Assembly: GCF_000150275.1 (NCBI RefSeq)
Contig: NW_002060949.1
Coordinates: forward strand, 3,354,449-3,418,448
Reading direction: 5' to 3'
DNA: 64,000 nucleotides
Source of the DNA: Trichoplax adhaerens
Taxonomy: Eukaryota; Animalia; Placozoa
The position numbers and the translations under genes are program-made. Of this stretch, positions 23,624 through 35,086 are shown piece by piece (the first letter of the stretch is position 1; the number at the start of each line of letters is the position of its first letter). A model generated the notes under the pieces. That model did not search any database. It saw only the letters and a program-made list of their open reading frames with translations, and was not told the DNA's origin.

Positions 23624-26600
23624 ATGAAGAAATATATTGTGGATGTAGAAGCTCCAAGGATTGAAGGAGATAAATTACTACCGTCCGATTCCGACGAAAA
23701 TGTCAATCAAGCTCAGTTAATCCAAGAAACGAGTCCATCTCGTCGACGAGTTCGTCGCAGGTAGAGTACTTGATTTCTTCGTCGTCTTCTTCTTTTTATC
23801 TTATCCATTCTACGCCAAGTTTTGGAGACATGCAAGGAATCATCGCAACATACGCGCTCTCTCATCAACTTGACGATCGTCAAGGATGAGTAATACAGTA
23901 CAATAATAATGAATTGAATTAGCGATCTCTAAAAACAGACAAGACTGTCCGTACAATCATTTCCAACTAAAGCAGTTTCAATCCGTAGTGCACGCTTTTA
24001 ATTTTACCTACTTTATTTCCCTCTCCTATGCTTATTCAAGGATAGCTTCAACGAGTCGAGTATGTCGACCACTGTACATAGTCGATGAGCCTGAAATCGC
24101 TAATCCTAATGAACTCGGCTTACAATGATGTTTTTGTAAAGTTGAAGTCCATCAATGGTACTAGAGCTATAGTAGAGATGTTAATCAGAGACTATCGACG
24201 ATCGATCAACATGGCCACAAATTGGGATCCTGCGAACGAGTAAACTCCAGTCGATTTCCCGTCCAAAACCGTCGGCAATTTTATTTTTAAAATCTCTATC
24301 ATCTACCTTAACCCTATCTCTTTCTCTTCCAGTTGGACAACGATAACGGTTACTTTAAACTCCTTTAAAGGAGAAACTCTACACCTACTAAAAATGGAAA
24401 ATATTTCCAAAATCTTAAAAAATTCCAATGAAAAAAAAAAAGAATTACGTATACGGATAAATTATCTCGATACAACCAACCACTATGACGTGCTATTGAA
24501 TTTTTTTTTTTTGACCTGTCTTCCGCTATTCCACTACACGCGTAGTCTGTGGTAACCTTGAATTGGACATCAACAGCTGTTGGGATAATTTGTTGGACTT
24601 TTTTATCCATTTATTTGTAAATGCGCCTTTCTATTCCCATATAGATTGCCGATCATTTCGATACAATGAGTGTGCACATGATTCAACATCGTATTCATAT
24701 TCCTTTTACCACCAATCATTCAATCACTAGCTCGCCCGACGCCTACATAGCGATACACAAATGATAACTAAAAAAATCATGCATAGAAATGATAGAATGT
24801 CCTTTCAATGGCTATTGATGCGTTACTATACTCTGATTTAGACTTGAAAATCACTCTGTATACTTTTTTATACCTATTAGCAAGAAAGCTCGAAGAATCA
24901 ACTCTGTTGATTATTCTGCAAGTAATCGCAATCGTAGCTGTTGTTCATGTAGCCGTTACTTTCTATTTATCATTATGATTGGCTTCTTGGTTGTTCTGGT
25001 TGGAATGATATGGGTATTTTTCGATATTAAAAATGAAATGGATAGAATCAGAGTCAAGTTACATACTGGTAAGTCGCTGCATTAAATGATCGTTTTTTCT
25101 TTCATAAGCAAATAGTTCTAATCATATCATGGTGTACGTTAAGTTAATTAATACGTAGACACAAAATCACTTTTCATAGGTGTGTATTTATTGAGTAAGC
25201 CATATGCCTTATGTTGATTTAAGTTCTGCACAATTGACAATACTTTATTGATCCGTTAACGCTACCTTAGTTAATTTTCTTGACAATTAATTCTATTATT
25301 GACAATCCTGCATTGAAAATTTTCTATACGCTACGATACAAATTTTATCATCTTGACGATTAACAAATAATTAATCAAAGTACCGTATCCATCGAGATAC
25401 ACTGCTCCTTCCAATCTATCTTTAAATGAAAGATATTAATTATTCTTTTCTTTTGTACAGTTGAAAAGGAAAATCTTCAAAGGAAACAAGAACTTAGTCT
25501 AAATAAACAAAAATTTTCAAAGATCGATAAGGATATCCAACAATTATATCAAGGAAAAAATCAGTTACTATCACAAATCTCCTTTCTGAAAAGCGAGGTA
25601 AATTTAGCAATATTTTACTTCTAAATTTAAAATCATGCCGATTCCGTGCTTAATGATTCTAATTTTCCTTGTAATTGTAATTATCTTACAATATGCTATG
25701 CAGTAATTTTATTAATAATATATCGGATGAAACTGTTCAAACTTTGCAAAAATATTATCAATAAATTTTAAAGCAATTTCTTCCGATTGAAAAAAACGTT
25801 CAAGACTGAACGACACAGAATCTGTACGTGACCTAAAATGCATATACTCCTATAATTACCTGTTATTTCAAGGTTAAAACTATAAATGCAACATTATTGA
25901 AGAAATGGCAAGAGTCGCAAGAAATGCCTCATCGTTTATGGAATAATGTAACAAAGAAATCAAACATTAGTAAAATCGTGATAACTACTGTGCAGCTAAA
26001 CTTTGTACATAACCTAATACGTCAATATAATTACATGCTATTTCAAGGTAAAAACAATAAATGCCACATTATGGAAGAAATGGCAAGAGTCCGAAAAAAT
26101 ACCTCATCATTTTTGGAATAATGTTACCAAGAAATCAAACATTAGCAAAATCGTGATAACTACTATAGCTCAACTTCAATACAGAGTAAATAAATTAGTA
26201 AATAACACTAACTCTGCTATAAAGTCACTGCAAGAAGACAACATTGGTAACAATGGCGAAATCAAATTATTGAATACAACAATTGAAGATGTCAAGGTTT
26301 GTTCTAATGATTACCAAATCAATCACTAATTAACTCGGCCTAAAATTACCAAATGACGGAGAGTGTATTGAATTTATTTACCTAACGGCCATGGTAAAGC
26401 TGCTTATGAATTTATTATTCATTGCTTCATTGCTATTTTTGCTTTATACATAGGCAAAGTATGAAAGCATTATCAATCACTATAAGCAACACAAAGTTGA
26501 GACGAATGACACAGCCGAAACATCCAATCTCACTAGAAATAGTAACGACACTCTAATAACAACACTTCCGGCAAATCCGACGACACTTCCTGTCAATCCT

Positions 26601-28096
26601 ACGACACCTCCCGTCAATCCTACGACTACATGGGAAACTACAACAGTTGAAAGGCGAGATAGTAGCACTGATGCCAAGATTAATTACAACAATACGACAA
26701 CGGTACTGGAGCCGACTTTTCACTGCCGAAATATTCTGTTAATGTCTTTATAATTCTAATGTAGTCCTTCGATGAATACTATGTATTATTTTTAATCAAG
26801 AAACAACCATGTACTCCCCTTATAGTAATTGTTCATCGTTGCTCTTCTTAGATTCAACCAACACAGGATTTATTGAATGACTTGCGTATTGAAGAGACAC
26901 TCACACAACTAACCAACTTAACAATGATCAATAAGGTTAGTATAATCGCAACTCTTAAAGGGTAAACTGAAATATGAATTAAAAGTAGACAGTATAGCTT
27001 TGTACTATCATACAATTAATGATTATTGCATTATATTGGTAAATTTAGAATGGAATAGGAGAACTAAAAGCCAATATGGAGAAATTGTATACTTCACTTT
27101 TCAACTTAAAACGCATAGTTTATTCTACCTTAGATGACTCTACAGAGGACTCAAAAATTGCCGTCATTGTACAGCAATTGAGTGCAACACTAAATTCTTC
27201 TTTAGAAAATATGGCAGATAATATTAACATGGTTGAAAAACGTGTCTTAAAATTGGTATGCATTTAGTTTTAAAACCAAAGTCATAATAATCTTAGCATA
27301 CCTAATTGGTGGTATATTACCCTTTGCTTTAATTTGCTTTATGATAAAATTTTTATCTCACTGCCCGTATATGTATTAGATATGCAAATACTAGAATAAT
27401 AATATCAAGATAAAATAAATAATTGCTATCTATTGTTGTATATCAATTTTAGTCACAAATAAGAAAACGGTGATAAATCTATTAAAATATTCTATCTACG
27501 ATGTATCTTTATATTTTATCAATTATTTTGTATATTTCGATACATAGGAAAATGATGTAAATGCTATTCGCCAAACCAATTCATCGTGTGAACAAGCCGG
27601 AAATAATATAGAAGAACCATTAAGCCATAATGGCACATCAGCTAACAATTCATCTTCGACTATCGGCAGTAATAATACCTTGACAGTAACTACTACGGAG
27701 TTAGCTTCAAATTCAAAGGATAATTCTACATCGAATGCAATAACTGTTACTCCCACAGCTGCTTCGTTATCGAATTCGGATCAGACAGAAGGTATGATTA
27801 GAAATTAATAAAAGATTTTTTCGTACCGCAAAACACCTCCGAGAATATTTTACTTCTTCTTTACTAATATTGCTGCGATCCTGAAATATTTTTTCACTCA
27901 CTGTAAGGTTTCGATGCAATGGAAGATAGTGAAAGTGACAGTGAAAACAGTGTAAGTAATATTTAATGTATCAGTTCATAGACATTTGATGTAACTTATG
28001 ACGATAGACTTGCTTAATGCTTAAGGAGAGAGTATCAACGCTCAATTTTTTTTACTTTAGTTTTGGGCTTCAATCCAAGGGCGTGAAAAAAAGTGA
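23624..28096 (+). CDS. EFCAB14/KIAA0494-like type II membrane protein (cytoplasmic N-terminus, single TM, coiled coil, Thr/Ser-rich stalk), multi-exon
   Basis: MKKYIV...LLPSDSDE...|...RSCCSCSRYFLFIIMIGFLVVLVGMIWVFFDIKNEMDRIRVKL|coiled coil...FWNNVTK...; ends FWASIQGREKK*. The DSD motif, CC before the TM, post-TM DIKNEMD and WNNVT recall EFCAB14. No EF-hand seen. Exon chain is well supported; orthology is tentative. Confidence 0.65.
25851..26165 (+). repeat. Tandem duplication (175 bp period) of a splice acceptor plus the 5' part of an exon
   Basis: 25873: VKTINATLLKKWQESQEMPHRLWNNVTKKSNISKIVITT versus 26048: VKTINATLWKKWQESEKIPHHFWNNVTKKSNISKIVITT. Both are preceded by tatttcaag. Confidence 0.9.
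26560..26630 (+). repeat. Coding 21-nt tandem repeat (TTLPANP/TTLPVNP/TTPPVNP), mucin-like
   Basis: Three consecutive heptapeptide units within an exon of the EFCAB14-like gene. Confidence 0.8.
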
Positions 28097-29107
28097 TATA
28101 TTAAAGGCCGCAGAGAAACCTCGTAAAATTTTGGTTTTAAATTTATTGTAACGTACAAGATAGCATCGTTTATAAATTTTTGTAGACAATTACTGTTATC
28201 ATTCAAGTCCTAACAAGTTTTAAATATTAAGCTATTTTATATTTTACTACACTTATTTAAAGAACGATATTTATGTTATTATTTCCACATTTGAGCTCAC
28301 TGGATGTGTACTAAAACACGATAACATCTGCAGTTATCATGGCCTTCTTCAAAGCTGTCTTGCCTAGACTTTTAATCATGGAATAAAAGTGAAATTTTGC
28401 GATAGGCAGTTTAAACCAACAATAGGTTTCGGTTTAGACGAATATGTCTCTGTATATGAATTTAGGATGTATGTGCGAGTACGAGATACATATATGTACT
28501 CTATATTTATATTATATTATTGGATGTTATTTAACTTTACACGATATTTCCGGATATCTGAATAAGGTACTATTTTAAAATTAAGTACAGTTAATATTTA
28601 CGGTTCAATGCCTAAATGGAATAATACACTTTTCATAGCATTTAACGATACAAGCAATTTTTTTGATCTGCAACACCTAGCAATAGATCGACTTCGAATT
28701 TCGTTCGATAAAAGATCAATATGAAGCAGACCTTTTGCCCATGTCTTTGCAGTAAATCATAAAATGTTACAGATATTAATGAAATGAAATGTTGTCTTAC
28801 ATTACCGTGATTGTAATGTTATAAGAATCAGTAATAAATACGAGTAATCAAAAATTTGGTAAGATGAACTACATCTGAGGTTTAACTTCTTCGTAACTTG
28901 AATCTTTTATGGGAGAATGATTTTTTTCTCATGATGCGCCGAAAAGGAATGAACGCATGTCAGATGACTTGTTTCACGCTATTCTGCTGACACTATCACT
29001 ACTTTGTAAATTACACGGTCTTAAATAATCCCCTTGCAGAGACGCTAAGCTAAGGAAACAGAGTTTGTTATTAACTATAAGTATAATTTAGCGAATATTG
29101 CCATTTC

Positions 29108-29244
29108 AATTTAAGATTTCGAATATTTGAATTACTTTAAGATAGACGTATGAAATAAAAACACTTCTAGAATTTTAAGATTTGGAATATTTGAATTACT
29201 TAAAGATAGACGTGTGAAATAAAAACACTTCTAGAATTTCAAGA
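29108..29244. repeat. Near-identical 64-bp tandem duplication, intergenic
   Basis: ttaagattt(c/g)gaatatttgaattactt(t/a)aagatagacgt(a/g)tgaaataaaaacacttctagaattt occurs at 29111 and 29175. Confidence 0.9.
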
Positions 29245-32092
29245 CTACTTCATTTATAATTTACTTATGTAACAATTATTGCAACTTTGCAACCGAATTT
29301 TCCTTGTAATCATTAATTCAGTATACTTGTAGGATTACTAAAGAGTCGTAAAAAAGACAATTTAGTCATTGATATCCAGCTCATGTCGCTATTATTTACC
29401 ACGATTGGAGCTATTAATATGTACATACACGAGTATATTTGCTGAAAGATAGTTACGCTAGTGTGAAAGAAACATCTACTATATTCGACAACTATGAAGC
29501 ATCCGATGTATTTTAAGATTACAACATGAAACTTAATTATTTCTATAGCTATTTTAAAGCTAATACAATTGTGGAGACCCTAGACCAACGGGAAAATTAG
29601 TTTAATTCTATCATTTAAAATTTCGTTTATTCGTTTTTAACTTATAAAAGAGTTTTTAAAAAACAATTTTAATTACGGAAAACGTTAATGAGCATGAAAA
29701 TAATAATTGTGCTATTTGAAAATTATGAATCATCTAAGATATTCACCTATAATGCAATGCGTATGGTTGTCTTCTAATTTAATTACGAGCACTTCTGTAG
29801 CCATTATACAACTAACACAGTCGTGGAGATGTTTAGGGTAATATTTAAATTACAGAGGGACGGATGCATGAGTTTGAAAATATAATACTATATTTGCATT
29901 ATGTCAAAACTATGCAATTTCTACTACGATATATTGTATTTATAAAGCACGACATCAACTTAAACTGCATTCCTATAAGCATTAGTAGTTCAATGTCTGT
30001 AGGGATACTAAATTGAGAAAAGCATGTCATGCAATTATTTAACATTTAATATACAGTATATCGCTGTTTCCTTTAATCATGATTGACAATATTTAAATTA
30101 CAGGATAGAGATGGGGATGCTAAAATAGCAACAAACCTATCGATTAGTATCAGTGTTGACGACATCATTCGAATTTAGAGGGCAAAGGGCATTATTAAAA
30201 ATTTAAATACTATCGTAATAGCCGTAGTATCTTCTAAAGCACAAGAATGAAAAGATTTTTTAGTCAAGCATAATCTAAATCTCGTGAGAACATCTCTAAG
30301 GCTCGAGTCGTCATTATTCTGAATGAAATTTTATTCAATCTCGATTTACAATCAAATCTACAATAAAACAATTAGAATACTAAATTTTGCATCATCCTCT
30401 ATTGTAGAGAGTCTAAAAATAAAGTTTTAATGTTTTATAGCTCAGTTATTGCTTCTTCTAGAGTACCGATCTCATGCTTTGTGAATAACTAGTCATGAAT
30501 TAATACTTATACTTGATTATCCTGGCCTATCTCCTATACCGTATTACGATACCGCTTACCATCCTAGAATCAACGAAAAATCGACTTCGTTATGCAATAT
30601 TTTATATACGGTACAATTCCATGTATAGCCACCGTTCACAGAATACAATTTGTACAGACACTAAGTTGAGGAAACAAATAGTGAATCATAAACCGTCTAA
30701 GCACTTACACGTATCTCTCTTTAACCATGATCAATTTCTAAAAATGATTCAAGTATTAAAGAGTGAACATGATGTATGAAAATAATTAAGCACGTACAAT
30801 TGTGCTGTATATTATTTCATAAATTATGTAATTTACCATGCAAGCGAGTACAGGATGTAAGAATTATATAATCATTGTCGTCTTTAAAATTTCTCTTCTT
30901 GTATACTGTAGCATAGTAAATATTAAGTAAGGAATACGGATAATTGAATGATTAACCATCTAGGCGTACGTCTCTTTTTTGAATTATGGTAAATTTGGAA
31001 AATATTTAAATTTGGGCAGGATGAATATGTGAGAATGAAAATATTTCAAATGCTTATTTATTTATTTATTTTATAAAGTGCATAATTTATCCTATCAAAA
31101 CCTCTAAAAATTAAAAAGTTATTGCAATCTTTGACTTAGATACACCCAAGGGCAATGACAGTACGTACGACCCACTAAATTTTCTCTTTTTCCATAAGCT
31201 ATAGTAGCTTATTCTGGAGTAAATTACAAGATGGATAATTCACAATTCAATTTCTTTTGCTTCCATCTTGTCCATCTGTCATAGACGTCCGCTAACGAAG
31301 ATATCACTATCCCATAGATGGTCCGTCATGTGATAATAGCATGAGACTCATGCTTTATTTTACCCATATCCGAATCAGAACAAAGTTGATTATCCAGTAG
31401 AAACCTAGTAACGCAAACTCCGACATGAGCAATTTACCAATCATTGCTTATACAAATTAGTCAAACAGCGATCTCTTGTTATTTTTAGGATTCCTTCGTC
31501 ATCAGTGATGTCATTTAAAACTATTAAAACTATACTTAGCAATATAGTATTTTAAGAGTTAGTTACTGCAACATTGGCAGCCATTACTATTATAGCCGAT
31601 TACTACGCCTCTCACGAGCATAATATAAAGAAAGAATCAAAGGCGGTTATTTCCATTAGTTAGCAAATGGTTGGATCAATTTGGGGGGAAGGAATGAATT
31701 GGATGTTTGATCTACCGGTAAAGGAAGATTAACGGAAGAGATTTTAACGATCGTATACGTCTTGACTACAACTATTTCAATCTTGATCATTCATAATCAA
31801 TCAACGTAGTAGAATTTGCAATTCTATGAACCAATTATTAACGACAGTACAGAAGAAATGATATTGATAGAAGTGATTTGATTGCACTTGAACGAAAAGT
31901 ATCAAATTCCATTTTGTCATAATTTTAGCATACTTGAAGGCGTAATCATACTAATATACTAGAAAATCCATACAATCCACTTGGAGATTGTATTCTGTCA
32001 TATTCAAAAGCGAAAGAATGTTGAACATAATAGAGAATATAGGCAATTTAATCCGACTATCATCTATTAATTCAACTATCAACGATCCAGTT

Positions 32093-33791
32093 ATGGACAG
32101 CGATAAGCGTGCCGATGACGACTTACGTAAATATACTTGCTTACACGATCTAGAATATAACACCTCGGCGAATCATCAAGATAGTAATCAATCAGGCACC
32201 ACATCTGACAAACAAATGTTAGATTTATATCTTCCAAAAGCCGCTGACCCATCAACAGTACCTATCGTCGTTTTTGTACATGGCGGTGGATGGAGACGAG
32301 GCGATAGAAAAGCATTTCGTTACTACTTTTCCAAATATGATGTCAATTTATTTGCAGCAATGCTAATGGTGAGATGGGGCATTTATGAGAATGTGGGTAA
32401 AGCTTTCGCTCGTTCTGGCATAGCTTGCGCTGTTGTCTCTTACCGATTAAGTCGTTTGAAATTTCCCTATCTCATACTAGAATTACTAAGTTCTTTTCTA
32501 ATGACTATGGCTATTATTTGCTGGCCAATTTTAGCCTATTCTTGGGTCATCGTACGCTACGTATTCGCTGCCACTCATTTTGCTATAACTCTAAACGATT
32601 GTCTAATGCTTTTATGGTCGACAACACCCTTGTTATTTGTAATTTTCTGTTTAAGCATGACAATTTATCCACCACCTAAGCGTACTATACTATTACTACC
32701 ACTCTCGTTACTACTACTGTTAATTATAAATTATCTATCTCCATTCAAACCATATTTCCACTATTATATATTATACATAACCACGACAATAGCGATGTTG
32801 TCTTTATTGCAAACATTTCTAATGGATGATAAAGTTAATCATCGTGACAGCAATATTGATGAAATCCGCCATCCTACGCATGTTAATGATGTCGCTTTAA
32901 GCGTCAAGTGGTTAACAGAATATGGTAAAAAGACGAAACTCTATAACCCTCAATCGTTATATCTATGCGGGCATTCTGCTGGTGGTCATATTATATCCTT
33001 ACTATCCTTAGATCAATCTTACTTGAATAACGTAGGGGTCCAATCATCGAACGTGAAGGTAACTTAAAACTACACTTTAGTATCATGGAAATTGCTGCAA
33101 ATTGCAACCTTAGATTGTTCACTAGTTTTAATGAACTTTCTATTACAAGCTTTAACTCTAGCTTTAATATTTTTAAAGATAAAATAACAGTAAAATCATC
33201 TATAAAGGTAATTTGATGAATTATAACTGTAGATTTAAGCTCTAGATTTAATAATCTCCACACTAAATACTCGTAGATTGGTACATTTCATACCTTAATT
33301 CGTAGCTATACGTAGAGTATTATAACTTAACAAAGTATTGATAATGCAGTATGTAATTGCCGTTTAACCTGTCTTCATTTTTAATTATGATGTAGGCGGC
33401 AATAAGCATTTCTGGGGTATACGATCTTGGCTGGTTATCGCGCTCCGTTCTTAAACAGTTTTATTTAAATCCAGCTTTTGGTAATGATCCAGCCACCTGG
33501 GTTAAAGCTTCACCTTATAATCATATTACTCGAGCTAAGAGTGAAATCACTCCACCTTTTCTAATAATTAACCCAAAACACGATTTTTTACCTCTCCTCA
33601 ATGATGCAAATCGATTTATGGCTAGCTTAAGAAAGAATAACTTTAGGTGTAAACATTTTATCACTCCAAATAGAAATCATCTAACAATAATGAAAGAATT
33701 TGGATTGAAAGAACGGCCTTGCTGTGGTAATGTCGAAGAAATGTGTATTTTATTTATTTATCAATGTGAAGCAAACGCCATCGGTAACTAA
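32093..33791 (+). CDS. Alpha/beta-hydrolase (HSL/family IV carboxylesterase-like) with internal multi-TM insertion, 2 coding exons (32093-33058, 33396-33791)
   Basis: LDLYLP, VVFVHGGGWRRGD, SYRLS, HPTHVNDVA, LCGHSAGGH|...ISGVYDL...ASP...PPFLII...D...NRNH. GT-AG intron 33059-33395 in phase 0. An alternative in-frame ATG lies at 32018. Confidence 0.88.
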
Positions 33792-33877
33792 TCAACTGTC
33801 CAATGGTACCTTTTAATTAACATTTGTTCTATTACTGCCTTGTTAAATATATTTCAGTAAGTAGTGAAATTGGTAGT

Positions 33878-34580
33878 CCATATACTCACGATAGCTATCA
33901 AAATCAATAACAGCAGACAGTATACAACAGTATATGTATTAGTGCAGTAATGAAATGAGTGAATATTTCCACTAATATATTTTATATACTGATACTGCTA
34001 TTAAGTCCTGTCCTGACGGTGATGAATGCTACGGATTACAACATATCTATGTATTATAACTATCAACTCTATACTTAATCACATTTATGCCGACAGCAAT
34101 TTTGAATTTGAAATATTTAAACTGGAGAAACTTTCGCTCCACACAGTTTGTATTAAAATTTCATGTCAAGTTCACAATTTTATTTTTGAAATACACAGGC
34201 TTATTACGTGATTTACAAAAGATATTATTCTAATAAAATTATTAAAAATGACTATCAAATTTTGTAGATGTACTAGCTATCAATCTCTGTTCACAATGAA
34301 CAGTTAGTCCCACTCGTAGTTGTCTTTAACGAGCGTACTGTCCTTTCTGAAACTAGTGCTTTATGTATTATTTGGCCACTTTTTCTGTAAGTTTAGTGTA
34401 CTGTACAGTATAGTAGCATATGCATTCATATAAAGCAAGATGAGATCATTGAGCTACTAAGCATGCGAACCAACAGCGATTTAAATAATTAGAGTGTGTA
34501 TGAAGCGATTACTCCATCAGTACAGTAGATTTCTAACTATTAATCTTAGCATCAAATATCATGAATTAACTATAATTAAT
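33878..34580 (-). pseudogene. Internally deleted tandem-duplicate relic of ORC1 (intron piece + start of coding exon 2 fused to a copy of the 3' flank)
   Basis: 34305-34577 aligns by eye to 38196-38438 (KSGQIIHKALVSERTVRSLKT vs [21 protein letters not shown]). 33878-34284 aligns to 34695-35081. Same orientation and order as ORC1. Confidence 0.8.
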
Positions 34581-35086
34581 AATATAATCAGTAATCAGAA
34601 ATAAAAAATTAGTCTAGAATAACCTTGGCATTTTACAAATTAAGTGTATTGGTAATAAAATACTATTTAATGAATTCTTCACATAATATACATTCCATAT
34701 ACTCACGATGGCTATTGAAATCAATGATAGACAGTATACAAACAATACATACATTTAATACAGTCTTTTAAAAACGAAATGATTTGCACTAAGTATTTTT
34801 CATACTGATACTATTTTAAGTCCAGTACCGACATAATGAATGTTACCTATTACAACATATACCTATGAATCACAAACCATGAATTTTATTTACATGAAAG
34901 TCGCCATCAATTTTAACTTAAAATATTTTAACAGCCGAAAATTTTGCTCTATACGGTTTGCATTAAAATTTCATATAGGATTCACGTTTTATTGATGAAA
35001 TACACAGGGTTATCACGTAATTTACAAAAGATATTCTAATAAAATAACTATCGAACTCATAAATGTATACGAATTATCAATGTTAA

